A DNA stretch of 64,000 nucleotides from an uncultured Chthonomonadaceae bacterium (GTDB taxonomy: Bacteria; Armatimonadota; Chthonomonadetes; Chthonomonadales; Chthonomonadaceae). Positions 1 to 10,817 of this stretch are shown piece after piece; the stretch's first letter is position 1, and each line of letters opens with the position of its first letter. A model generated the notes under the pieces. That model made no database searches. It was not told where the DNA came from and saw only the letters and a program-made list of their open reading frames with translations. The DNA is taken from contig CAWIEK010000054.1 in the NCBI GenBank assembly GCA_963835065.1, positions 79,062 to 143,061 on the forward strand, in the 5' to 3' direction. The position numbers and the translations under genes were made by a program.

Positions 1-231
1 GGAATGGTTTAGAATTCGTCAAAGCAACACAGGAATCCTGCTTCATTCCACCCCGATGTAACAGTTCAGGGTTGTGAGTATCTTTTTAGCGTCTGCCTCG
101 TAATGCGCTTGGCAAGTCTGATAAAGAGAGGAAACCCCTTTCGATGAGAATGGTATTTTTATGCTGATGATTTGTAAATAGGTTTGAACATATTTTTTTC
201 AAGGTCACAGTTGCCGGTACATTGGGATATT

Positions 232-368
232 CCGCTCTGTAACGCAACACAGCCTTGCGGCATAAACGCAAGGCTGTTTTTACGTCACGCTATGGGTTTG
301 TCGGCTTACGCGGCGGGAACTTCCTGCCCGACTTGGAGAGCCAGCTGTTCGGCTAATTCCAGATTGTG
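232..368. repeat. Direct repeat copy 1 (palindrome + duplicated 3' end of TPR-glycosyltransferase gene)
   Basis: Highly similar to 1547-1625 + 1719-1780; 307-368 encodes NLELAEQLALQVGQEVPAA* on minus strand. Confidence 0.9.
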
Positions 369-462
369 CCTGCCGCTTAATCTGTTTCGTTTCGGCAGCC
401 TATGGTATAATCAAAGCAGGATTGCATGGTGATACTGCAATAATCACTGCGAAGGAAGGTGC

Positions 463-1005
463 ATGTCCGAAAACAACGCCGACAGTCTTCTCGATTATCT
501 TTTATCCGCTTCTGCGCTCCCGTTGCCACCTGCCAGAGAAGCCGAAGAAGTGGTTCAGGAAATTCTTTCCTGCCTGTACAATCCGGCGCGTAGCGGTGGC
601 GTTACCTATAACCTGTACTTTGGCGATCAGTGGGGACAGCCCTTATACGCTGTTGGCTTGAACAATGATTGGACTGAGGAGGCGGATGCAGCGCAACTGA
701 GTTATGCGCTCCGTGAGTTTTTGCATAAGCATCAGGGATGGCTCAGTAATCCGCGTTGCTGTATCGGCGTGTGGCGCGGTGGTGCAGAAGGCGATTTTGT
801 GGCTATCCTGGACGTTTCCGTACTCGTCTACAATGAAGAGGTAGCGCGTCGCTTCGGCAGAGATAGCAACCAGATTGCCATTTTCTCCCTGCAAGAAGGC
901 CGCGAAATTCCAACAGAAGGAACCGGCGAATCCACCGCAGCGCGCTTGCGCCGTTTGGAACAGGAAGACCGCATAACGCTAGATTTAGGAGCAGACAATG
1001 AGTGA
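463..1005 (+). CDS. Hypothetical protein (first gene of direct-repeat-flanked cassette)
   Basis: 180-aa ORF with GAAGGAAGG RBS-like sequence; globular-looking motifs GGVTY, IGVW, LDVS, QIAIFSL..EIPTEGTG; overlaps next start. Confidence 0.7.
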   Translation: MSENNADSLLDYLLSASALPLPPAREAEEVVQEILSCLYNPARSGGVTYNLYFGDQWGQPLYAVGLNNDWTEEADAAQLSYALREFLHKHQGWLSNPRCCIGVWRGGAEGDFVAILDVSVLVYNEEVARRFGRDSNQIAIFSLQEGREIPTEGTGESTAARLRRLEQEDRITLDLGADNE

Positions 1006-1306
1006 AACAATTCTATCGCCGGACGCTGCCACAGAGGAACCGTCGCGCCTGTATACGCGATGGCGGGGCGTGACCGTTTCGCATATAGAGTACGGCAACC
1101 CTCTCCACCTGACCTTTGTTATTGCTCTGACATTGGACAATGGCGCAATCAGGCACTTTTCCAAAGCGGTGTGGGTAACGGATGCCATTTTGCAGGAACG
1201 TTTGCGCCGCGAAGTCAGACCCGGCGACCACATCCGCGTCCATCTGGAAACCGATTGGGCGGACGCTGACATTCCAACGGTTCTCAAAGATTTCTGTCTC
1301 GCATAG
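998..1306 (+). CDS. Small hypothetical protein
   Basis: 102-aa ORF overlapping the upstream gene end, AGGAG RBS. Confidence 0.6.
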   Translation: MSETILSPDAATEEPSRLYTRWRGVTVSHIEYGNPLHLTFVIALTLDNGAIRHFSKAVWVTDAILQERLRREVRPGDHIRVHLETDWADADIPTVLKDFCLA

Positions 1307-1322
1307 GAGCATTTCGGCGAAG

Positions 1323-1546
1323 ATGCAGCATACCTGTCCTGTTTGTGGATACGATCAGCTTGCAGAACCTCCGGCAGATAACATGATTTATCCGTGTTGC
1401 GGGACGGAGTTCGGCTATCACGATTTCTCCTTCTCGTATATCGAACTGCGGCTGAAATGGCTTGACGCGGGCGCTCAGTGGCACAGCCGCCTTTTGCCGT
1501 CTGCACACTGGTCGGCAGAAACGCAACTTTCTCGTGCCGAATTGCT
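1323..1546 (+). pseudogene. Small Cys-rich (CPVCGY...PCCGTEFGY) protein, probably truncated and running into the repeat
   Basis: MQHTCPVCGY...IYPCCGTEFGYHD...LRLKWLDAGAQW; AGGAG upstream; frame stays open through repeat/MITE DNA to 1769. Confidence 0.5.
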
Positions 1547-1780
1547 GCCGCTCTGTAACGCAAGACAGCCTTGCGGCCTAAACCGCAAGGCTATTGTCAC
1601 GTCACGCTATAGTTTTGTTGGCTTAGAGCCTATACCGATAGGGCTTGTCCTTGCGTCTGAAAGACGCTTGCACTTTCCTGCCGGGTATTTTCAATACCCG
1701 GCCAATTGGGATAGGCTCTTACGCGGCGGGAACTTCCTGCCCGACTTGGAGCGCCAACTGCTCGGCTAACTCCAGATTGT
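1547..1780. repeat. Direct repeat copy 2 (interrupted by 93-bp MITE)
   Basis: CCGCTCTGTAACGCAA..CAGCCTTGCGG...CGCAAGGCT and TTACGCGGCGGGAACTTCCTGCCCGACTTGGAG shared with copy 1. Confidence 0.9.
1626..1718. mobile_element. 93-bp MITE, copy 1
   Basis: TIR GAGCCTAT..ATAGGCTC, TTA on both sides, absent from the homologous site at ~307; two internal hairpins. Confidence 0.85.
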
Positions 1781-4700
1781 TGCGGGCTTCCTGATGAGTT
1801 GGGTATTGGGCGAGCGCCTGCCGGTAGGATACGACGGCGGCGGCATAGGCTTCCGTGCGGAAGTAGCAGTTGCCCAGCACGAAGAAGCCGCCCTCCTGTT
1901 CGGGGCTGACTTCCAATCCGGCAAGATAGGTTTCCGCCGCCTTGTCGTACACGCCCAATTGGTACATCAGGTCGCCCGCGTTGAAGTAGGCGTTGCCATA
2001 CGTCGGGTCGCGCTGAATGGCCTCGGCGTAGTATTCCAGCGCTTCGCCCGGCGCGTTCAATCCTGCCAGTACGCGCCCCAAATTGACGCGCGCTTCCACC
2101 GACTCGGGACGCAGGCGCAGCAGGTTTTCGAACGCGGCGCGCGCTTCGTCCAGCAGATCGAGCTGTTCGCAGCAGGCCGCCAGTCGCGCCTGCGCCTCGT
2201 CATCGTCGGGTTTCTGCCATGCGGTGTGGCGCAGGTGCGGCAGGGCGCGTTCGTACTCCTTGCCCGCGTAATAGATCATGCCCAAATCGCGGATCGCGTC
2301 GTCGTGGGCCGGGCTTTGCGCCAGAACCATTTCCAATTCTTCACTTGCTTCCCACGTCCGATCCTGCTGCGTCAGGATGATGGCAAGCAGATACCGCGCT
2401 TCCACCATATTCGGCTGCTCTTCCAGGACTTCTTGACAGCACGGAATGGCTTCCACATGCCGATCCTGCCCGACAAGCGCCAGCGCAAGCCCGTACCGCG
2501 CCTTGTACGTGGACGCGCCCGCATCCCCGGTCTGCGTAAAGTGCGTATCGCTTGTTTCTTCGCGCCCTATGTCAATCGCCGCCCGGAACGCCATTTCCGC
2601 CGCCTCGTACTGTTCCGTGTGCAGCAGGCAGTAGCCGCGCGAAAATTCAATGCCCGCCTGCCGGAACCCTTTGGCGTCCGCCATCGCGCACACGTCCAAA
2701 CCTTCCCAGGGCTGCTGCATCCGGTGCAGGGCGGTGGACCATTCGACAAACAGGGTGACGCCGAACTCTTCCTCCTTGCCCACGCCCGGCGCGGCCAGGC
2801 TGAAATTGCGCGCGGCGTTGTCCATATCACCGAAGGTAAAGTAGGCGTTGCCAAGATTGAACAAATGGAAATCCCGGAAACCTTCGTCCGGGCACTCCTC
2901 CACTTCCCGCGTCAGCATACGGATAAACCGCTCGTGCTTGTTGCGCAGCGTCATGATCTCGCCCGCATACCCGAAGTGGTCAATCAGCAGGCCGTCGAAC
3001 CGCGCATACGTGTAGCCCAACGCCTGCAAGGAGCGCAGGTTCTGCTCGTGGATACGCCCCTCGAACTTTACGCCATCCACGCGCCGAAACAGGCGGCAGG
3101 CATGGTGAACCGCCATTTCGCCGCCCATCTCCTGCCCGGGTTTGGGCCGCGCCGCGGACGTAAGCCAGTTGTGAAACTTGACCATGTAGCCGCCCACTTC
3201 GGCAGGCGCGTTCCGCATGGCCTCGCGGAACAGAGGCCCGCTCCCCGGCGCAATCTCTTCGTCCGCATCCAGCCACAACACCCAATTGCCTGTCGCGTGT
3301 TCCAGCGACAGATTGCGCGCTTCGGCAAAATCGTCGTTCCATTCATAGGGCACGATCTTCGCGCCATATTCGCGGGCAATGTCCAGCGTCCCATCCGTCG
3401 AGCCGGTGTCCACAATCACAACCTCGTCCACAACGTCTTTCACCGATTCCAGACAGTTACGCAGGAACCGCTCCTCGTTTTTGACGATCATACACAGGGA
3501 AAGTGATGAGTGATGAGTGATGAGTGATGAATGGTCCTGTTCTTCTGTTCCCTGTTCCCTGTTCCCTGTTCCCTTTATCGCTTCTTCCGCCCGCTCATAC
3601 CGCTCCATCAGGCTGCGATAGGCGGGGGCGCGCTTGACGGCGGCGCGCTGCCTGTCGGGAACGCCGCGCAGCAGTTTGCGGGCTTTTTGCAGCACGGCGG
3701 TTTGGGCGCGCTCCACCGTGCGGCGCAGGTTGGGGTCGTCGGGCGTGGCCGCAAAGGCGAGAAGCACGTTTTCCAGCGCTTCTTCCGGCTGGCCTTCCGC
3801 CAGCAGAATAAAGCCCAGGTTGTGATGAAAGTCACGGGTATTAGGCGACGCGGCAATGCCCTGATGCAGCAGTTCCAGAGCGCGCGTTTTATCCCCGTTC
3901 GGTAACACGCGGCGGCAAGCGCGTTCACCACGTCCCAATCGTCCGCCCGCTCGATCAGGCAGGCATCCAGTTCTTCGACGGCGTTTTTCCAATCGCCGTT
4001 ACGCGCGGTTTCCAGCGCGGCCTGTTTGCGGTCCTCGTACATATCCCCGGCAGCTCGCAGTCCGGGCGTGGCAAAACTTCCCGGCAGGTTCAGCCCGCCC
4101 AACCCGGTATTTTGCCACCCCCCGCCCAGGCTCAAACCGCCCAGACCCATAGGGAGGTTGAGGGTTGAGGGTTGAGGGTTGAGAGGGGAAGACAATGCTG
4201 AATGCTGAGTGATGAGTGATGAATGGGATTCTGATTCATCATTCATCATTCCGCGTTCAGCACTGATTTTCCCTGTTCCCTGTTCCCTGTTCCCTGTTCC
4301 CTCACCCAGCGCGGACAGGCGCTCACCGGCAATCTGCGCGGCGTGATGCCAGGTATGTTTGGCCGCGATGTCGCGGGCGGCTTGCGCGCCTTTGGCCTGC
4401 GCTTCTTCCGGGTGGGCGGCGACGTGGCGGAGCAGTTCGCTCAGGGCGGCGCGGTCAGGTTCGGCCCAGAACGGATAATCTACCGTCGGCATGTTGCCGA
4501 CGTTCTTTTCCGCCATGCGCTGCGCTTCGGCGGGGATGAGATAACTATTCCCGGAGTTAGCGAAATCGAGAGCCGCGCCGAAATCAGTAACGATAGTTGG
4601 CTTGCCGCAGGCCATCGCTTCCGCAATCGGCAGGCCGTATCCCTCGCCCCGGTACGGATGTGCCAGGCAGTCACACGCGGCGTACAAACCAGCCAGTTCC

Positions 4701-5554
4701 GCTTCGCTCATGTCCTCATTGATATATACAATGTGCGCGCCATTGGGCTTGGCCTGCAATGCCCGAATCAAGGCTCCCGCGCCCTGATTGGCATAAAAGC
4801 TGTCCGCGCCGAAGTCCTTGACAATCAGTACAACCGGGTCCTGCGCCGTAAACGCCCGGTCATAAGCGTCCAGCAGTATATCAATCCCCTTTCGCGCAAT
4901 CGTGCCGCCAACGAACAGGAACTTATAAAGTTGAGGGTTGAGAGTTGAGAGTTGAGGGTGATTGTCTGTTCCCTGTTTCCTGTTCCCTATTCCCTCACTA
5001 ATGCCCGGATGAAACACACCGGTATTGACGCCATTGGGCACGACGATGACTTTTTCGCCCGGAACGCCGCTGGTGATATAGGTGTCGCGCACAAATTGGG
5101 AGGGAACCCAGATTTCGTCTACGCCGCGCTCAATCGCGCTGACCCAATGGCGCGGCAGAGAACCGAATTCCCAAGGCTGAATGAGAACCAGCTTGCCGCT
5201 TGCTGTGGGCGCAAACTCCGGGGGCCAGCGATGCCGAACCGTCACGGCGGGCGCGGACGCGGCCTCGCCCATGCGGGCCGCGAGGGACGCAAAACGCGCT
5301 TCGCCGCGCAGGGCAGGCAGGGGCGCGTCGTAGTGTTCCAGGCGCAGGTCGAAGCGTTCGGCAAAGGCCGGCGTATCGAGCAGCGCCAGCGTGAGTTCGC
5401 GATTCACAAGCGCCAGGCTATGCTGCACGAAAAACGCGCCGTTCCACGCAACGGTTTGCCGCTCCGAATAAGAATGGCTATGGGAATGGATTGCCGGAAA
5501 CAACGGTTCCGAACCAAAATGCAGGGGCATGGGAAACTCCTCACGGGAAGACAT
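1719..5554 (-). CDS. Multidomain glycosyltransferase GT4-TPR-GT2-TPR (split by 1-bp frameshift at ~3895)
   Basis: GT4 motif HPYRGEGYGLPIAEAMACG; GT2 motif SLCMIVKNEE...VDTGSTD...WLDADE; many TPRs; ORFs 3608-5554 and 1719-3992 join as ACYRTG-DKTRALELL if one G is added. Confidence 0.85.
3502..3574. repeat. In-frame heptamer cassette GGGAACA x4 / CATCACT x4
   Basis: Encodes GTGNREQGTEEQDHSSLITHHSSL between TPR and GT2 domains. Confidence 0.95.
4154..4302. repeat. In-frame four-array heptamer cassette
   Basis: GGGAACA, GAATGAT, CATCACT-like, CTCAACC arrays on the coding strand. Confidence 0.95.
4930..4995. repeat. In-frame heptamer cassette GGGAACA / CTCAACY
   Basis: GIGNRKQGTDNHPQLSTLNPQL. 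Confidence 0.9.
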
Positions 5555-5647
5555 CAGGCATTAGGCATTAGGCATTAGAGAAGAAGATAGAAGACAGAAG
5601 TGAATTCATCCTCCTCTAATGCCTAATACCTAATGCCTGATGCCTAA
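5552..5647. repeat. Inverted GGCATTA / TAATGCC arrays
   Basis: Between genes; supplies the stop of the upstream gene (LGIRH*). Confidence 0.9.
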
Positions 5648-8231
5648 CTCTTCTATCGTCAAAATCGGCACACAGCGCGCCTGCGCCAGTTCGCGCCAGA
5701 AGGGGGGCAATTGGTCGGCGATGAGCGCGTCGGCGACGTGCAGCAGTTTCCAGCAATCGGTTTGCGGAAGCGGCTGATGCAGCAGGGTGATGTTGGGCAG
5801 GCGGTCGGCTGTGATTGCCAGAGTTTGCCGCAGGAATTGCTCCATTTCCCACAGCAAGGCTTGCGCGTTCGGATGCGTGGCGGGGTCGGCCCGCAGCATC
5901 AGCAGAACCGGGTCTGTGGGCGCGTAGGCCAGTGTGAAGGCGCGTACCAGCGTCTGCCACTCCTCGGCGCGATTCCAGTCCGGCAGGGCCAGCAGACGCT
6001 TGATGGCGACGGGCGAACTTACACCGGCCTGCTGTTGCGGCGCTTCTTCCGCTTGTGGCCCTTCTTCCGCTTGCGGCATAGCCTGCCTCGGAGAAGTTAC
6101 ATCGCCTTGCTGTCGCTGCAATGCCTGCGCCTGACGCCGTAATGTCTGCGTGGCGGGAATGAGAGGCGCGTATACCGGACAGCCATTCAAAATTGCCAGC
6201 CATTCGTCCAGTCCGGTGAGGGCATCATTCGCGCGCTCCACGTCCAGGCACAGACGCGCCGATTCTTCTCGCGCCTGCACATGAAACGGCGAAGCCGTCA
6301 GGGTTGACCGGTAGGCGGCAAGCGCTTCTTCCACCCGGCCCAGGGCGCGCAAGGCGCAGGCAAGGGCGTTATGCGCTTCGCCCAATGCAGGCATTTCCGC
6401 AACAGCGATTTCGGCATGACGCGCGCTGTCCGCGAACTGCCCCCGCGCAAACGTGATTTCCGCCAGGGTCAGATGGACTCGGCACGTCAGCAACGCTTGC
6501 ATCTCAGAGCGCCAAGCCTCGCTTTCGGGCGCGTGTTCGCCATAAATGCGTTCCAACGCCACATCGAACCATTGAAAACAGCGCGGAAACACGACGCCCT
6601 GCAGCTGCCAGGTTGCTAAATAGTTGATAGTTGATAGTTGATAGTTGATAGGGAGGAGGGAACTATGAACTTTCTGCGTCCCACCGCTTTGTGATTCGGC
6701 CTGCAACTGCTCCTGAACTTCCCGCAGAGTGTTCTCGCCTTCCTCCGTTCTGCCTCCCGCAAAATACAAGTATGCCAGATTGAGCCGGGCCAGTACGTAC
6801 TCCGGCTCTTCTTGCGCCAGTTGCCGCGCCAGCCCAATCGCCGCCTGCAATTTTTGCCGCCCATACTGCGGCGATACCGCGCACCGCGCCATCTCCCCGG
6901 CAAGTACCGATTTGAAGAGGTTGAGAGTTGAGGGTTGAGGGTTGAGGGGAACAAGAGTTGATAGTTGATAGTTGATAGTTGATAGGGTATCCTCTCCTGC
7001 ATGTATCTTGTATCTTGTATCTTGTATCTCTTCCCTTTTCCCTTTTCCCTTTTCCCTTACCCCTTCTTCCGCCTTACTGTACACGGCGACGTTACAGGTC
7101 AGCAGCCAATGCGTGGCGAGCTGAAGGGATTGCTGCGCGGCGGGCAGGCGGCAGAAGGCGCGCGGAGGAAGCGAACCGGCCCGGCGAGAAGCGACGAATG
7201 GCTCCAACCGGTTGAGCAGGTCGGCAAAATGATGCGCGTAACTGTGCTGTGTGACTCGTTCGCGGCCATTGCGGGCGGTTTGTTCGCGCTCAAATCTGTT
7301 TTCGGGCGCGAGGTAATGAGCGAGCAGGTCTTCCAGATTGCTGTCGTTGTACAAAACGCAATGCTGGAGATCCGCGTACACATCGCGGATTTCGCGGTTT
7401 TCGGCTTCGTAGAACATCAATGCGCCGCAGGCCGGGGCCTCATACGCCCGCATGTTGGCTTCGCCCCGGATGCTGCGGTTGAACACGATTTTGGCGCGGT
7501 TCATCAGCCGAACGTACTCATCCCCGTAAACGCCACTGGTCAGCACAACTTTATAGCGCGTGGATAAAGCCGCCACCCGCGCCAGCCACCGCGCCCGCTC
7601 CCATTGTATGGCGTGATTGAAGTTGCCGATCATCAGAATGTCTATGTCGCGCTCGATGAAGTCGGTGTTCAGGTATTCGGGTGTTCGGTGTTCAAGGTGT
7701 TCGGTATTCGATGTTTGGTATTGGGTGTTTGGTATTGGGTATTTGGTGTTTGGTGTTTGGTGTTGGGTGTTCGGGTGCAGGAAGGCGGGACGCAGGATTG
7801 CGCAGAACGCGGTGCTTGTCTGGTTCGTGCGCCCAGAGCAGGCTGTGCAGGACGCTGGTAAATCCCATGTCGCGCAAACGCTCACAGCCCACACGATCCG
7901 CCACCAGAACGTCGAAGAGGCTGCCTACCGCCCGCATTGCCTGCCCACCCAGATTCCAATCCCCGAACACGCCCACTGTCAAACAATCGGCGTCTTCCAG
8001 TCCGGCGGGAATCGGGTTGTACTCAGGACTCCAGTGGATGTATACTTCCGGCATCCAGCCGACAGGGCATTGCGCCAGTACGTCCGTCCACTCCCTATCC
8101 GGCGTGACATTCAGATGGGCGTACCCGGCCCCAAACGCCAGAATGTCATCCCCGGCCTTTTCCCGGCCCGGCAGCGAACGCTTTTCCGCCACTTGCGGCA
8201 TCTGATTGGTATATCCGACGAGGAGGCGCAT
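5630..8231 (-). CDS. Glycosyltransferase (CgeB/GT1-like) with TPR repeats, frameshifted at ~7690-7800
   Basis: AKIVFNRSIRGEANMRAYEAPACG motif; TPRs; N-terminal ORF MRLLVG... changes frame at or beside a repeat tract. Confidence 0.75.
6918..7064. repeat. In-frame four-array heptamer cassette
   Basis: GGGAAAA, GATACAA, TCAACTA, CTCAACC arrays on the coding strand. Confidence 0.95.
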
Positions 8232-8243
8232 AGCAGTCTCCGA

Positions 8244-8366
8244 AGTAGTCAGAAGTGAGTAGTCAGTAGTCAGTAGAAATGCCTGTCTACTTAAGTTGTG
8301 CGGCATAGTCATGGCTTACAAGAAGAGGTTCCTCTACTGACTACTGACTACTCACTTCTGACTACT
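8244..8366. repeat. Inverted GTAGTCA arrays
   Basis: ~33-bp perfect inverted pair. Confidence 0.9.
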
Positions 8367-9544
8367 CTCCTTACTTCTTCTTCAATCCTTGCCGCGACAG
8401 GCGCATACGTGAAATGGGTTTCCAGATGGGCGCGGGCGGCTTCGCCTAAACTTCGGCCTTCCGCGCGGTCTTCAAAGGCGCGGCGCATCAATTGCCGCAG
8501 GTGGGCGCAGGACGGCTCCGCCCAACGGTGGCCGCGATACGTGGGGGTTTCGCGCCAGGCGGCTTCGGGCACATCCACGACTTCGTACTCCAGAACGTAG
8601 CTGTTGGCCGCGTTCATAAATTCCGTTTGGCCGCTCCAGCCGGTTGCGATCACGGGCAGTCCCATCGCCATCGCTTCCATGTACGGGCGGCCCCAACCCT
8701 CGCCCCGCGACGGCATCACGTAGCAATCGGCGGCGCGGTACAGATGGGGCATACGCGCATCCGGTACATTCGCGTCCTGCAGGACAATATCGGGAATGTG
8801 ATTCAGGTCGCCTTTCAAAACTTCGGAGATGTAGGACGCCATGCAGTCCAGCATCTGCGCCCCCGTATAGCCGAGCGAACTGTGCGTTTTGACAATCAGC
8901 GCGACCTCTTCCCCAACCTGAAACTCCTCCACAAACGCCCGCAGCAGAACGTCCCACCCCTTGCGCAATGTCCAATCGAAGACGGCCAGAAAATTGAAAC
9001 CGCGCGCGCCATTGATTTGGAGGGGAACGCAACCGGGATTGTACGGCGCTAAATCAATTGCGCCCGGAACCACGCGCAGCTTGTCCCGCTCCACGCCCGC
9101 GCCCGCAAACGTTTCCACGTTGAACGCGCTCGGAACCCACACGGCATCCATCCGGTTACACGCCTGCGCCCAGCCTTCAGGCAGGCGATCCGTTTCAAAC
9201 ATCGTGCGGCCTATGTTGGCGCGGGCGTTAGGGTCGCGCTCAAATAGGGGCGCAAGAATATGGCAGACGGAAATTCCTCCCCGAAGCGCGGGCTGCCGCA
9301 TCAACTGCTGCAAAATCCGCTCCCGTTCGGCGGGCAGGACAACGGCCTTATCGCTCCAGCGAATCGCCCGCGCCGCCACCTTCACCCCCGCCTGATGCAA
9401 GGCAAACAGAAAATGCCGCGCCTCGTCCGCATACCCGCTTGGATCGCGCAGGGGAGCGCGCCAGGTCAGGGGAAAGGATGAAGGATGAAGGATGAAGGAT
9501 GAAGAGTCTGTAGCTGATAGTTGATGGTTGATAGTTGAGCGCAT
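8348..9544 (-). CDS. GT4 glycosyltransferase
   Basis: RTMFETDRLP, RKGWDVLL, PSRGEGWGRPYMEAMAMGLP motifs; start uncertain. Confidence 0.85.
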   Translation of the reverse strand: MRSTINHQLSATDSSSFILHPSSFPLTWRAPLRDPSGYADEARHFLFALHQAGVKVAARAIRWSDKAVVLPAERERILQQLMRQPALRGGISVCHILAPLFERDPNARANIGRTMFETDRLPEGWAQACNRMDAVWVPSAFNVETFAGAGVERDKLRVVPGAIDLAPYNPGCVPLQINGARGFNFLAVFDWTLRKGWDVLLRAFVEEFQVGEEVALIVKTHSSLGYTGAQMLDCMASYISEVLKGDLNHIPDIVLQDANVPDARMPHLYRAADCYVMPSRGEGWGRPYMEAMAMGLPVIATGWSGQTEFMNAANSYVLEYEVVDVPEAAWRETPTYRGHRWAEPSCAHLRQLMRRAFEDRAEGRSLGEAARAHLETHFTYAPVAARIEEEVRRVVRSE

Positions 9545-9849
9545 TTCTTCTGTCTTCTGTCTTCTGCCCTTCTTTCCTATGTATCGGAAAGCGCGGCGTG
9601 GAAATTTAGCGGTTTGCAACGGCCTGTAAGACTTACCGGTTTGCAGGCGGTTGTCTTGTGATGTTTCCAGCCTGTCTGAAGCGCGTTTGAATTCTGCCGA
9701 CAATTCCACCGGAGTATTTATTGACTATGACAACAGCGCCACTGGGACACAACCCGCCGGATGAATCGCTTACGGATCGCGCGTCTATAAAAATGGCACT
9801 ACCGTAAAACCATAGAACCCTAAAACCCTGAAACCCTAAGAAAAGGAAA

Positions 9850-10221
9850 ATGGATATGGCAAAACGAGTTTTGATTACGGACGACGCGCTGTTTATGCGG
9901 GTCACGCTGCGCAACATTCTGACAAAAGGCGGCTATGAGGTGGTTGCCGAAGCCGCGAATGGACTGGAAGCGGTGGCGCGGTATCAGGAGTTTCGGCCCG
10001 ATCTGGTGACAATGGACATCACGATGCCGGAAATGGACGGAATCACCGCGCTGAAGGAGATTCGGGCGCGCGATCCCCACGCCAACGTTGTTATCTGTAC
10101 CGCGATGGGGCAAAAATCTATGGTGATGGAAGCGATGTCTGCCGGGGCCAGAGACTTCATTGTGAAACCGTTTCAGCCGGACAAAGTGATTGAAGCGGTG
10201 CAGAAGCTGATTGGAGCATAA
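9850..10221 (+). CDS. cheY: Chemotaxis response regulator CheY
   Basis: Single REC domain, DDALFMR, MDITMPEMDG, FIVKPF. Confidence 0.9.
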   Translation: MDMAKRVLITDDALFMRVTLRNILTKGGYEVVAEAANGLEAVARYQEFRPDLVTMDITMPEMDGITALKEIRARDPHANVVICTAMGQKSMVMEAMSAGARDFIVKPFQPDKVIEAVQKLIGA

Positions 10222-10230
10222 CGTGGCGCA

Positions 10231-10704
10231 ATGAAAATTCAGTACATCAATCCGTTTGTAACCGCCTCGTTTACGGTCATCGAGCAGGCACTGGGCATGA
10301 AGGCGCAGAAGGGGCCGCTTGCCATGCGGCCGGAACTGTTCACCACGCAGCAATGCAACATTCTCATCGGCCTGACCGGCAACGTGCATGGACAGATCAT
10401 CTATGGCATGAGCCTGACCACTGCGGACAAAATCGCTTCCCTTATGCTGGGACAGCAGGTACGCACATTTAATCAACTGGCGGCAAGCGCGATTGCCGAA
10501 TTAGGCAACATGATTACGGGCAATGCTTCCGCGCTGCTGGCCGAAGCCGGAATCGTCTGTGATATTACCCCGCCCACTGTCGTGCGCGGCGCCAACCTGA
10601 AAATGACCACGCTGGCAATTCCCGCGCTCGTCGTGCCGCTGTGCCTGGAATTAGGCGAGATCGAGCTGACGGTGTGTTTGGAGGAGGTAGACGGTAGACG
10701 GTAG
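10231..10704 (+). CDS. cheX: CheY-P phosphatase CheX
   Basis: YINPF N-terminus, SAIAELGNMITG, DITPPT motifs. Confidence 0.9.
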   Translation: MKIQYINPFVTASFTVIEQALGMKAQKGPLAMRPELFTTQQCNILIGLTGNVHGQIIYGMSLTTADKIASLMLGQQVRTFNQLAASAIAELGNMITGNASALLAEAGIVCDITPPTVVRGANLKMTTLAIPALVVPLCLELGEIELTVCLEEVDGRR

Positions 10705-10811
10705 ACGGTAGACGGTAGGAGAACTCCTTCTTGTAAGCTACTACTGAAGTTGAGAACTGTGAACGGTAGACGAGTATTTCTACCGTCTACTATCTACCGT
10801 CTACCGTCTAC
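10686..10811. repeat. Inverted GTAGACG arrays between convergent cheX and prs
   Basis: Supplies cheX stop (VDGRR*); same unit at 59893-60017. Confidence 0.9.
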
Positions 10812-10817
10812 CTCCTC

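Noticed and set aside
232..292. Integron attC site
   Set aside because: Ends do not match RYYYAAC/GTTRRRY, no integrase is present, and the repeat extends into coding sequence
463..1005. Similarity to phage SAM lyase-like proteins
   Set aside because: Only vague motif spacing; cannot be supported without a search
1794..3506. Long antisense ORFs (also 44802-46694, 57091-58488, 60782-62971, 20397-21692)
   Set aside because: Shadow ORFs opposite well-supported genes in GC-rich DNA
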